Positions 13,601 to 25,877 of a stretch of 64,000 nucleotides of DNA are shown piece after piece. Source of the DNA: Mytilus edulis (lineage: Eukaryota); NCBI RefSeq assembly GCF_963676685.1, contig NC_092353.1, positions 24,552,001 through 24,616,000 on the forward strand, in the 5' to 3' direction. Positions within the stretch are counted from its first letter, which is position 1. Each line of letters begins with the position of its first letter. The translations under genes were made by a program, and so were the position numbers. The notes below the pieces were generated by a model, which had not been told where the DNA came from, ran no database searches, and saw nothing but the letters and a program-made list of their open reading frames with translations.

Positions 13601-16600
13601 ATAAACATGAAAACATGTGGTATGATTGCTAATGAGACAACTATCCACCAGAAACAAACGACGAAGATGTAAGCAACGAGAGACCATATGCACTTTACTT
13701 TAGTTGTCTTATGGTTATTCTTGTCGTTTTATTGATGTCTCGTTGACGTTTACCTACAATTCTATGTATACATAAATGCTTACTTGTTTGTTTCATATAT
13801 TAGTGTTTATACATTCATATAACGTTATATGGTCAGATTTGCGAGTTATGTAATAACATTAACGGTACCAATTTTAATTGATGTACCAGCAACGAGTAGC
13901 AGTGAATTGAGAGAATTCAGACAAATTTATTTTATAATGACCGACTAGTTGAGGCTCGAAAGCACACGTCTTCGTATGCAACACCAAGTAAAACACAAAT
14001 CAAGAGAGGATCATATCCCGATAAAATTTTAATTCGTGTATATTCACACATATTATGATTTTTGTTTTTTTAATGCACAACAAACAGTTGTTAGCTGTAA
14101 ATAACCAACTGAAAATGAGTAAAATTCCATGTTATATAATTATATTTATTTTAGGTTGTTACCAGAGTCGGTTAGGTGGTTGTTATCCAAACACAAAGAA
14201 GAGGAAGTTAAAAATATAGTCAGAAAAGTAGCCGACACTAACAAGGTTGATATCAATGAGGAAATGCTTGAAGACCTAACAAAGTCAGACGACAAATCTG
14301 AAACAGAAACTACAGGACGAAGATATACACTTATTGACTTGTGTCGACCTGGGATGATATTTTTATCTCTAAATGTTTGGTTTAATTGGTGAGTAGCTAT
14401 ATTGTAGTATTCGTAGCATAATTGCACCATACATCAGAAAATATATTACATCAGGACAATTAGAAAAATAAAAAAAAAAATATCCAATAAGCAGGTTCTA
14501 CAAAGTGTGTATACCTGGAAGACATATTAGACATTTAGACTGAAACTAGAAAGAAGGGGCACAGCTAGTTAGAACAGGTCACACATGAACAGTTCATAGA
14601 GAAGCTGCTTGCGTTTTTCATTGTGTAAAAGTCATTGCGCTCTCAACATCTTACGGTGTGTTCTAGGAATTATTGTTGCCATTGTAAACTGGTGTATCTG
14701 TGTATTATACATCCTGCAAATCTGATATGAAGCATTTGTTTTGCAGAACTAGCGTAGGTGACTATAATATTATACAACAGTCAATTATGTGTGTTTGTTA
14801 TATTCCTCCAATCAGGCAATACTATTTAGTAGCATACATAACATATCTATAATACTAAAATTACGAGGTCCAATTTGTCAGCCGTCATCACGTAAAAACG
14901 ATGAATCAAAGAATTCAACTTTGTATACAACTAAAATAGTGCAAAGGTGTAGATTAAAAATTACACCACTCCAGGCCCTTTTGTTTTCCACGTAATTAAT
15001 ATTGCCAATAATTAGGAAGTTCCGGGTCGAGTCCGATACCGATACCAATAGTATTATCACCTGTTACCTATTACCCTATCTGTACGTTCCGCATCTGACA
15101 GGCGCACCACCAAACGGTGTATTCGGGATTAATATGCTATATACACGGGTCATAATCACAGGGTTGAAACTACTTAATTGTCAAATTGTTAGTATTTTAA
15201 TCCGTAAGACTTTCTAAGATAACAATACGAATACTAAAAATCTGGACTAAAAATAAGTTTCAATTTGTAAGCGGGCATGACGTAAAATAGCGAATCAAAG
15301 AATTCAAATCTATTTATAACTAATATAGGACAATGCTGTTGATTAAAAAAAACTCCATTCCAGGACCTTTTGTTTTCCAAATAATTATTATTACCAATAA
15401 TTGATAAGTTCCAGTTCGACGGGTTCTAACAGAAAGATTTGAAAGCAGAGAACATTGTGTATCTTATAATCGGCATGACTTTATCAGATGACAGAACTAA
15501 TACTAAAATAAGGCTTGCGCATAGTTATATACTTTAATTCAGTCACGGACCCGCGATATCACGGGTGTGTTCTAGTTTTAATCAAATAACGAACGGTTAA
15601 GACAGGTTTTGTATGAAATAAACTCATCATAGATACCAGGGTAAAAATTGTGACGCCATGAAGTAAAAAATAGGATGTACAGGTTCACATCCCGAAAGAT
15701 TTGAACTTTTAGCGTTACTTTATAGAAGCGACATCCATTTTTCTATTTTGTGTCCAAATTTAATGAGGATATGTTGTTAGGTGATTGGAACAGATACCAA
15801 AAGGTAAAATCAAAAAGATACTGAACTCCAAGGAAAATTCGAAACGGAAAGTCCCTAATCAAAATGGCAAAATCAAAAGCTCACACACATCAAACGAATG
15901 GATAACAACTTTCAGATTTCTTACTTGGTACAGGCATTTTGTTATGTTGAAAATGGTGGATAAAACATGGTTTAATAGCTAGCTAAACCTCTCATTTATA
16001 GCTAGCTAAACCTCTCACTTATATGACAAATTCTATTACATTGATAATAGGTAAAGTTGTCAAAAAAGGGGGACAGCAGTCAGCATTGTGTTACAATATT
16101 AATCACTATAAAAACAAACAAAAGTAACATATGGATTATAAAGAGAGTCTTGCATTTGATTTCAGGCTAGTAAATGCCATGTTGTATTATGGATTGTCAC
16201 TAGGAACAGATAACTTAGGAGGTGATCCATACATTAACTTTTGTATTGCTGGTGCTGTAGAGATACCTGCCTATATTATGTGTATATTAATGTTAAATCC
16301 TTTAGGAAGGAGGAGACCATTATTTGCCACCATGGTCGTAGGAGGTGGTGCATGTATAGCATCGGGGTTCATAGGTTAGTTAATAAAACGTTATAAAATG
16401 AAATGTAGTTTGAAATTTGCGCCAAACTGGAAGAAGTTCATCAGATCGTTTTTAGTCCAACAGCATGAATTTAAGGTCCAAAATCAGATATGTGCACTGC
16501 ATGATAAGTTTGATGAACACCATTTGCATTTGTAGTCTTTATTGCTGCAATTTTACCTGGGATTGTGAATACATGCAGAGGTCTTTCTGCAAGTTTTCTT

Positions 16601-19600
16601 TTCGTTCGTTTGATCATTATCATTCGGCAATATACACACTAGATAATATAAATGGCAAAATTTAGAAAGAGTGAGACTCACAATGGATAACCAATTATAA
16701 TTTATAAGAAAAGTAAATGAAGAGGGGCTATTATATGGTATGGACTCAGGGGCGGATCCAGGATTTCAGATTAGGGGGGGGCGCAATGTTAAAAAAAATT
16801 TTGAGGTATAATTATCGAAATTATTGTAATATTCTTCTAAAGAGGGTGCAATGTAGATATCTTGCATGGCAAGCAAAACGTGGCGAATATTTTGTGTTAA
16901 AATAAGCGAGAAATTAAAGTTTCAAGCTAAACCCGCATAAATACACCCCTGTCAATCTACAATCACCATAATTAACAAGAAATGTGCGAGTTTCAATTCA
17001 TTGACTCAACAATAGCTCAACTGACCAATATTAGATTTAAAAAAAAAAACGGTCTACTTTTGCCAGCGATTTTTCATTGTCTTTTCACAATTTTTTATTA
17101 TTATTATTTTTTGTTGTTTTCGGAGGTCGTGCCAAACTTTTTATGTACATTTTTTTTACAGCAAACCACTAAATTCAAAATGAGATCTTTATTTTCATGG
17201 GATCCTATATGTAATACGGAAATACGAGTTGGAGCCTTGATTGTTTATGCATGCTTCGGCAAACTTTACAGGTTGCAATTAAGTGAGAAACATATATTGA
17301 TACATATACATTAAATATTGATACAAATTAATGAAAACTAGCCTTTCGCTTGAACCAGTATTTTATCTTTCATTAAGAAAGAATTTAACCAGTTACCTTG
17401 ACTGTTTTCTTCGCTGTGCAATGATGAAATATCCAACCAACCGCGGGTAGGGCACTTTCACCTACTTCGTTGGAAATTGAGTTAGTGATGTTTTGGAGTT
17501 TCGATTATCAAAGAAATTGTTTATAATTTATAAATTGTTTTACTTTAACTGCCAATTAAAGCCTATGATATGTGTCATCAAACGCAGTACCGCGTTTGAC
17601 ACCTTTCTTTGAAGTATACCATATTTATGATAGAACTTATAGATAAACCATAGGTCAGTATATTAGTAATCACATTGGTTCTGTTAAACGCACGCCCGCC
17701 ACGCCCCCGCCTAAATCCGCCCCTGGGACTTCACATTCAACCGTTAGCCATCCAATGCCATATGATCAACACAACATGTGAAGACAAAATTCGTGCAAAA
17801 AAATCCGAATCAAATATAACTCGAGAAAAAAAAAACTGCAGTCAAATATATTCACATAACATAACTGAATAAAGACATAAGATAACTAATAGAATTACTA
17901 GTATTACAGAAAGCTTGGTACATATAAGGAACAATCAAAACTTTTAAGTATTTCGATGTGATTGGACTATCATAGAGTTGTCTTGCTTTATTAAAATACC
18001 TACTCAATATGATATAGATTGCATTGCTTACCGAAATTAGATCCCCAAATAATATCAATTACCTGACTTACTTTTATTTTTTGACATTTTACTGTTTATG
18101 TTCGTTGTAATACGATCTATGTGTTTGTGCATGTCTGTTAGCTTGTTAGATATAAGATCAGTATTACTAGTAAATCATTTGATGTGTATAATGTTTTGTG
18201 TAACTGGACACCGTATCAGAGACACTGCAGACCGACCGTGCGAGAGCTATATAGTTAAAAACACAAATAAGTAATGTAAACCAATCAATTGGATAAACAT
18301 ATGTCAAGTATATAACCAAATAAATCGCCAAATGAATGGATCGATTTATAAACCATCATTAAAGTATTGATAGGCTTGTAAACATAATCTACATATGATT
18401 GATTGACGGATCAGGTATCATGTATCGGAAGAATATATTACTGAATGAAAACCTAGACAATCTAATTTTGTTTTTGTATTGAATAAATCTCTTATAACCA
18501 TCTCACACATATCTTGATTCATCATACACAAATCATTAGATGATTTTATCCGTGTACATATCGTATAAACAATGAATTTAATAGTGGTTGCTTCTCTTTG
18601 ATCAAATTGTCAATAATCGCACATAGGCGACTGTTTGCAAATGCTTGAACAACTGTCAATGCTTTTTATCTTCAGAAATGATTCCACTGAAAATAACCCT
18701 AGCAATGATAGGAAAGTTTTGTATAACAGCATCATATGCCATAATATATCTGATGGCAGCTGAAGTATTCCCTACAGTTGTCAGGTAAATAATCATGCAT
18801 GTATAAATATGATTGCTCATCTGTTTGTTAATACTGAAAACATATTTCTACACTATATTGTGACTTTAAACGAAAATGGCATAACTCGGTTGAACTGGGA
18901 GATTCTCTTTTTTGTATTAGCTGGTAAATGTGAATACCACACGACTTAGCTATACAGGCAAGTAATTAGATTGCTACAGGCATGCTATATGTTCTCAAAC
19001 ATACATATTTTATCAGTATGTGTGAAAATTTCCCGACCATATTTTTAAAGATAAACCTACGTAATATATTTAATCTAATCTATATGAGTCGATTGCAAAT
19101 CTTTGTCGGAAGCATTGATTTCATGACGCAGGCGAATTCACGCCCATCGATTTCACTATATTTTGTTGTTGCTGAAAGGCTGTCACTGGGCATGTATATG
19201 ATGTTAATTACAACCTGTATATTCAAAATTATACTGCTATTAAGTTTTTAAAAAGTTCACCAAACCCTATTCTGGTGATAAAACATAATACTCTATCACA
19301 CAATAAACTCAACACTTGAATTTGCAAATGATTAACTTCTAACTGTTGTACATGTTAACAATCCGCAATTTTATTTAACTGTTGTACATGTCAACAATCC
19401 GCAATTTTATTTACAGATATTGACATGATTTATAACATAAAGTAAAATAACAAAAATACCAAACTTCGAAGAAAAGTTAAAACGGAAAGTCCATAATCAA
19501 ATGACAAAATCAAAAGCTATTTTTTTTTATAAATTCTTTAGAAAATAAGGTTCAACTCCATCATACGAAATTGACTTTAGTTGGAGTTAGCTATCATTTT

Positions 19601-21467
19601 CAGGTTAATTTTGAACGTGAAGCTCTTCAACTGTCTATGTTCTTATACATTCATGGCCTCTCTTCAACTGTCTAGGTTCTTATACATTCATGGCCTCGAA
19701 TGCATTCAATATATAAAGTGTTGTTTTCATTTTTAATACACAATTTGAATTTGAAATTCATATGGGTTGACGAAAGGTTGAGTAAAATATGAAATCATTT
19801 GTTCAATTTGATACACACTTTGAATAAAGCATAGAGGAAATTCATATTGTATGACGAAAGGTTGGGTAAAATATGAAATCATTTGTTTCAATTTAACCTT
19901 GATCACGGTCAGAGCAATATTCTGTTTATCAAGTAGTTAAGAGATTGTTTTCTGTAGAGAAATAAAACTGTTTATGATATAAATACACATAGGCCATTCT
20001 TATGTTTATCTTAATACCAACTTTAGTCATACGTTTTTTTTGTTTTGTAAAATAAGCCATATGCATACAATATGTGTCATTAAATGTTTCACAAATAATC
20101 TATAATTTTAACAACACTGAAAGGGCTATTGGAGATATAGATACAAATTTAAATACATCAAATACACAAATATCAAATGTGAGAAATCTTATTATAATAT
20201 ATATACTTTACTCACATTGAAATATTATAATTTATTATTACAAATTTAGAAATATTGGCATGGGAGTGTCTTCAATGTGTGCCAGGATAGGTGGAATGTT
20301 AGCTCCACAAATACTAGAACTTAACAGATTTTGGGGACCACTACCTTTAATTCTATTTGGTGGATTAGCTATATTCTCTGGTGCTTTAGCCTTGTTGCTG
20401 CCAGAAACTTCAGGGAAGCCTCTACCTCAGACAATGGAAGATGTAACAGATCCTGAAAAGAGGTAATATATATCATTAATATAATATTGGTGCAGCAAAT
20501 TAGTGAAAATGTATGACGAATCAATTTAAAAATTATTCTCACATTATAACTCTTAAATATTGCAACTGTGCAAAATTACATGTAGTTAATGTAGAATTTA
20601 AATTTATAATGATGAATCATTCAAATGTCTATGATTTTCACCTGTTTTAAAACATTGTGAGTGTATTGTGTTATTGGGATCAGTGTTATGAAATGATTAT
20701 TATGGGAAAGGTGAAGCTGATGTTTTTAATGCCCGTTTCAAAATCATAGGGTCATCCATATTATGCACAAATATTTACTTTTAAGATGAAATAGCAAATA
20801 TTTGTTTTTAACAAGTTTATAATGTAGAATTCAGTTTAACATATTTTTCAATGTTTATACAAAATAATTTTAAAATAAATAATAAATGGAATACTAAATA
20901 TATATTAGTAAATGAGTTTTAGTATTAGTTTTAAAATAAGCAGCATTTTACTGTCCTGGGGACCAAATGAGTTGAAAATAGTTAATGGTTTAAAAAGCAA
21001 TTTGGGTGAGCACTATCCAGGTTTTGTATGTAATAAAATATGAATCAAACTGTAGAACAACACCTATTAAATGTCTTGTGTCCATAGCGTTTTTCATAAT
21101 TTACTTTCGTCAGATATGCTCAATGTGTTAACTCACTATTGCAATGAACACAAAGTTTTTACCATGTAGCTATAATACGCGGTTTTGACTTGCCATACCT
21201 TAACGCAACCTTGATCTTGGAAATATATACACAAAAAATGTCTTTACTTGCGATCAGACTGGGCACTAATTGTATTCAGATTATTTTCAAAGTTTTCATG
21301 TTACATCGATTAAAAGGTTATTCTAATGAATTATCATACATGACTATGTCTTAATCTTGATATATGTTTTGATTTATTTTTGTAGAAAAGTTGCTGAGAA
21401 AGGAATAGACATGACAGTTTGTTCTCCGGGTACAGATAAGGATGAGGATATTTTGAATGGGAAGTAA
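7697..21467 (+). CDS. SLC22-family (Orct/OCTN-like) MFS transporter, paralogue 1, 554 aa; join(7697..8086,11544..11647,12113..12267,13120..13288,14155..14388,16166..16374,18676..18784,20250..20462,21386..21467)
   Basis: All introns are GT-AG with matching phases, giving a 1665-nt open frame. Motifs: MHFDDLLKILGEFGRYQ, TIVTQFDLVCD, GQLSD-LGRKP, TELVGP, WLLPESVRWL, GAVEIP, GRRRP, AEVFPTVVRN, LLLPETSGKPLP. The 104/155/169-nt exons are typical of SLC22 genes. Confidence 0.93.
8100..8285 (+). repeat. Dispersed SINE-like repeat (family C)
   Basis: gttagttttctcgtttgaattgttttaca...ttgtctcattggcaatcatacc. Related copies at ~25455-25870, 46395-46584 + 59692-59770, 48740-48965 (-) and 49340-49600. Confidence 0.65.
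9170..11230. repeat. Internally repeated interspersed element (Helentron/DINE-like), split by a LINE
   Basis: The module atcttctcctctgaaac...cttggccaca...gggtatctagtttaaaaaatgtgtccga...aaatagaacataggg occurs at ~9181 and again at ~10815. Family assignment is from recall. Confidence 0.5.
9595..10706 (+). pseudogene. 5'-truncated non-LTR retrotransposon (RTEX-like) RT C-terminus and zinc finger, degenerate
   Basis: FTYLGVLFSRTGSF...LELFDKVVKAILLYG..WG...IERVHLKFCK...KKSTPDFMIYGKLDRFPL and IEIGRW...RICTLC...IGDEFH. Ends AATAAA plus (TA)n. tacaaa is duplicated at 9589-9594 and 10707-10712. Confidence 0.8.
14846..15575 (+). mobile_element. Non-autonomous Helitron in intron 5 of paralogue 1
   Basis: 5' TC (tctataatactaaaa), 3' CTAG preceded by hairpin acccgcgatatcacgggt (15549-15566), inserted between A and T with no TSD. 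Contains an internal ~150-bp duplication (~14880-15030 vs ~15270-15425). Confidence 0.85.
15805..16125. repeat. Dispersed repeat family D (aaaatacc...aactcc.aggaaaattc.aaacggaaagtccctaatcaaatggcaaaatcaaaagc)
   Basis: Related copies at ~19440-19520 and ~44497-44830. Confidence 0.65.
16747..17725. mobile_element. hAT5-like MITE (5-bp TSD), probably with internal insertions
   Basis: Termini caggggcggatcca / taaatccgcccctg, with ggact duplicated at 16742-16746 and 17726-17730. Confidence 0.6.
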
Positions 21468-21519
21468 CTATGTGAACAGGTAAAATCAATTAAAAAGATT
21501 TTCTTATGAATTTGTCAGT

Positions 21520-21665
21520 TAAAGAGGGACGAAAGATACTAGAGGGACGGTCAAACTCATAGATCCAAAATAAATTGACAACGCCATGGCTAAAAATAAA
21601 AAGACAAATTGACAAATAATAGTACAGAAGACACAACATAGAAAACTAAAGACTAAGCAATTCGA
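21520..21665 (-). repeat. Short 3'-end copy of PLE family A
   Basis: Reverse complement of 61390-61531 (aagagggacgaaagatac..gagggac.gtcaaactcata...). Another copy at ~35115-35200. Confidence 0.7.
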
Positions 21666-23226
21666 ACCTTAGTAAAGTTGGACCTAAGATATATTTTTGT
21701 TATCAAGAATATCAATTTTATGTTGTTTAGAAAGCTGTGTTTTATATTTTTTCATACAAACACAACAACAAAATACCAGAGGTTAAATACTGTTTAGAAT
21801 TTTTTCATGAAAAGTTATGAATAAGTATAAAAACCACTGTTTACGCTGAATTCCTAAATGAAAAATAAAATGTGTCCCCTGTTTTGTACTGTTTCATGTT
21901 TTGAAAGAAACATACATTTGTTATTCTAACTTCAGGATACATTTGGAACTGGAATCATCCGTCTTATGGAATATTAAGCGTCTTTGTCAACGTTAAGATT
22001 TGTCGCCCAAAACGTACAATAAAAAAAGTCATTGACAAGCTTTATAAAATTAGAAGAAACATTGATGAATTACATGAAATACCCTTTTCTATTGTTTACC
22101 TAATAAATATAAAGTTTTGTACCCGAAATATTTTAATGGCGTTCTCAGTGAATTTAAAATCAATAGTTTGACAAATACTGAACGCAAGACATCAAGTTGC
22201 TTTGAAACACAACTCATTTAATATACCAGTCTTACTGTTGTTTTTTGTATGGCATCAGATGCGCTTTTCGACTACACAAGGCATATCGGTGGTGCTCGAA
22301 TTATAACAAAGAAATCACTTTTGTTTAATTTTTCTGTTTTGGATGAGCGTTTTTCTATACGAAGATTGACCCCTGACATGCAGACTTGTCTGTTATTTTT
22401 ATTTCTATCTCATTGAAGGTGTTCTAACTAAGTTGATGTGATAAAAAACAATAAATTGTGTTATACAAGTATACGTCTTGTATTCATAGTGGTAAAATTT
22501 ACCCCAATTGCCATGAACTCCTTGTAGCAATCAAATGTTTTCAAATTTTTACAATATCTAGGATTCAATTCATATTGATTTCAACTTTCTATTAAATATT
22601 ATTAACTCATGCAGAATTAATTTATTGCTGTATTCCATTTTTTTATAATCGACACGGCGCTCTTATGTTAAAGCTACTAGTTTGTCATCTTCTTCCTTTC
22701 GTTTTTTTTCTTTTGTCCATAGGTAACGTTTTTTTTTATTTTACTTACTATTTCATATTGTTATCCACATAATATAGCTCATGCATTTTAATTTTACAGG
22801 AAAACTGTAAAGGTGCATAAATGAACTACAGAGCGGAAAATGAAAGAACTGAATGTTTTTACTTGGCAGCAATATTTTCATTCTAAAGCGGATCGTAGAG
22901 AAAGTACCCAACACAACAAAAAGATCTATAGTGCATCATTAGTAAAACCACCAAAAATGTATTTCAGAAAGAATTATTGAAATATTGCTATGCATTTCCA
23001 ATAATGAAAGATAAAATAAATAAGACTTAAAAAAAAATTATTTGAAGAATAAACTGTCATTTTATAAATGACATTTAAAATATGATTATAAAGTACTTAG
23101 ACCATTAATTATCAGTATTACACTTTTAAACTTGTATATGAACGTGTGACTATAAAGAATGAATTTGTATTATAGAAATATAATTATATTTGAATAAAAA
23201 ATGATATATATTATAAAATGTAGCAG

Positions 23227-23821
23227 GTTTTGGTTTATTTTAAACTCCTGACTTATCTGTGACATTTAGTTTTGGTTTATTTTAAACTCCTGACTTATCT
23301 CTGACATTTAGTTTTGGTTTATTTTAAACTCCTGACTTATCTGTGACATTTAGTTTGGTTTATTTTAAACTCCTGACTTATCTCTGACATTTAGTTTTGG
23401 TTTATTTTAAACTCCTGACTTATCTCTGACATTTAGTTTTGGTTTATTTTAAACTCCTGACTTATCTGTGACATTTAGTTTTGGTTTATTTTAAACTCCT
23501 GACTTATCTGTGACATTTAGTTTTGGTTTATTTTAAACTCCTGACTTATCTCTGACATTTAGTTTTGGTTTATTTTAAACTCCTGACTTATCTCTGACAT
23601 TTAGTTTTGGTTTATTTTAAACTCCTGACTTATCTCTGACATTTAGTTTTGGTTTATTTTAAACTCCTGACTTATCTGTGACATTTAGTTTTGGTTTATT
23701 TTAAACTCCTGACTTATCTCTGACATTTAGTTTTGGTTTATTTTAAACTCCTGACTTATCTCTGACATTTAGTTTTGGTTTATTTTAAACTCCTGACTTA
23801 TCTCTGACATTTAGTTTTGGT
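23227..23821. repeat. Minisatellite, 14 x 42 bp
   Basis: Unit ggtttattttaaactcctgacttatct(g/c)tgacatttagtttt, with one 1-nt deletion in unit 3. Confidence 0.95.
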
Positions 23822-24527
23822 AAACTTGAATGTTGATTGGTTATTTATGCCATATTATAAAGAAAATTGCACTTTACGTCGTTTCTGTGCTGTAACGTAT
23901 AATTTGTTCAACCGATGCTTTTCAAATTTCAATATGTATTTATTAAATACGTAATGGCGTCGAAGATCATTATAAACATTTTTTACTATTGTCGTTCAGG
24001 AGTTATGGTCCTTGATGTAGTCTAAAATTGCACTTTCAGTCGATTCAAGAAATAATTTATGAAAGGTCAAACCAATTTTAAAAACTGATTAGTATGATGT
24101 TACTGATGAGAACATAGAGATCAATTTCAATGTGACGATCATCAGGTTTGTCGTTCAGTTGTTATGGTCTTTGACAGTTTAGAGAATAGGCACACAATTT
24201 GGCAGGTAGGTCAAACAATCTTGAACGTGCCTTCAAAAACAGAAGAAAACGAGTTTTTTTTCTATTTAACTGCTCATTTCTTGCTGTTTTAACTTGATTT
24301 TTATCACCTTTGAGCATTTCTGACATTTGATAATCAGTAAACTACTGATGCCTTTTATTTATATACTGATAATGAAATTTAAGGGTGAAATTGTCACTGC
24401 AACGTAATCAGAGAAATCATTAAAAGTTAAGTTTATTAAAAAATTTCAAATCTTCTAACTGTCAAATGTCTTCACAATTGGATCCGTGGTCTAAATGAAA
24501 CAACCTTTAATAATAAAAAAAAAAACC

Positions 24528-25110
24528 CTCATCATAGATACCAGAATTAAAATGTGTATATGCTCTAGACGCTCGTTTCTCCTACAAAAGACTCATCAGT
24601 GACGCCAAATAAAGTACGAAGTTGAAAAGCATTGAGGACTTCCTCAAAATGTTTCCAAATTCTGCTACGGTAATCTATTCTTGAGGTAGAAAAGCCTAAG
24701 TATTTAAAAAAAATTCAACGTTTTGTAAACAGTTAGTTTATAACTATGACCATTTCATGTCAACACGGGTGCCACTTGTGGAGCGGGGTCTGCTTACCCT
24801 TCTGGAGCACCTGAGATCACCCCTAGTTTTTGGTTATTCTTTAGTTTCCCATGTTGTGTCATGTGTTCTATTGTTTGTCTGTTTGTCTTCTTTCATTTTT
24901 AGCCAGACGTTGTCAGTTTGTTTTCGATTTATAAGTTTGACTGTCCCTCTGGTATCTTTCGTCCCTCTTTTCTATCAACACTGAAGTGCTGACTACTGTC
25001 CTGGTGAAACACTCGGGGAATAATAACTCCACCAGCAGTGGCATCGACCCAGTGTTTGTAAATAAACTCATCAAAGATACCAGGATTGAAATTTTGTATG
25101 TGCGCCGGAC
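24528..25110 (-). mobile_element. Retrozyme-like hammerhead repeat monomer (degenerate hammerhead 24562-24605) interrupted by a PLE family A 3' end (24767-24970)
   Basis: ctcatca.agatacca occurs at ~24528 and ~25068. The minus strand reads gcgtcaCTGATGAgtcttttgtaggaGAAAcgagcGTC. The insert is flanked by tcaacac at 24760-24766 and 24975-24981. Confidence 0.7.
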
Positions 25111-25877
25111 CGCTTTCCCTGAGTTTACTCCTTGGTTTTGATTATTATTGTCTTTAAGAATGCAATAAACTTTTATAGAGTATTCTGTTCTGACTGTTCA
25201 GACAGATATATTGATAATTACAATTACAAAAAAAAAACACTTCATCATTGCTATCAGAGTCATACTTTAGCACGCCTAACGCTCTTTCCGTCTAAACCTG
25301 TCATTATTTTCAATAAGGATTTTGTTTATTATAACTAATGTTTGAATTATGAATCTATTCGATGTAAGATATAAGATGTTTGTATTGGGGTAGGTGTGTA
25401 TTTGCCCTTTGACGTTTTTAACTAAACGTAACTAAACGTTAGCATAGTTTGCACCTGCCTTATCCAGGAACCTGATGTTCAGTGATTGTCGTTTGTTGAT
25501 GTGGGTCATACATGTTTCTCGTTATTCGTTTTTGATATAGATACGACCGTTGGCTTTCCCTTTTGAATGGTTTTACACTAGCCATTTGAAAGGACCCTTT
25601 ATAGCTTGTTGTTTGGTGTGAATGTAGGCTCCGTGTTGAAGACCGTATTTTGATCTGTAATGCTTTACTGTTGGTTCATTCGTTTTGCTAAAGTCTTATA
25701 TATGATTAATAGTTGGTTGTACATTAGAAGTAGTGGTTTCCGCGGTTCCGTGATTATGAAATCGAAACACATTGGTATCCAATGAATATTGATGATTCCA
25801 TAGTACTTTTACATATATTGGCTTTGATTGAGAGTTGTTTCATTGGCACTCATACCACATCATCTTAAATCTATATA

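Noticed and set aside
16375-18675. Possible micro-exon between exons 6 and 7 (the loop GFI-EMIPL looks short)
   Set aside because: Direct splicing is in frame in both paralogues, and I found no shared phase-compatible AG..GT micro-exon.
23227-23821. Regular repeat array resembling a CRISPR
   Set aside because: Units are contiguous with no unique spacers, no cas genes are present, and the context is eukaryotic.
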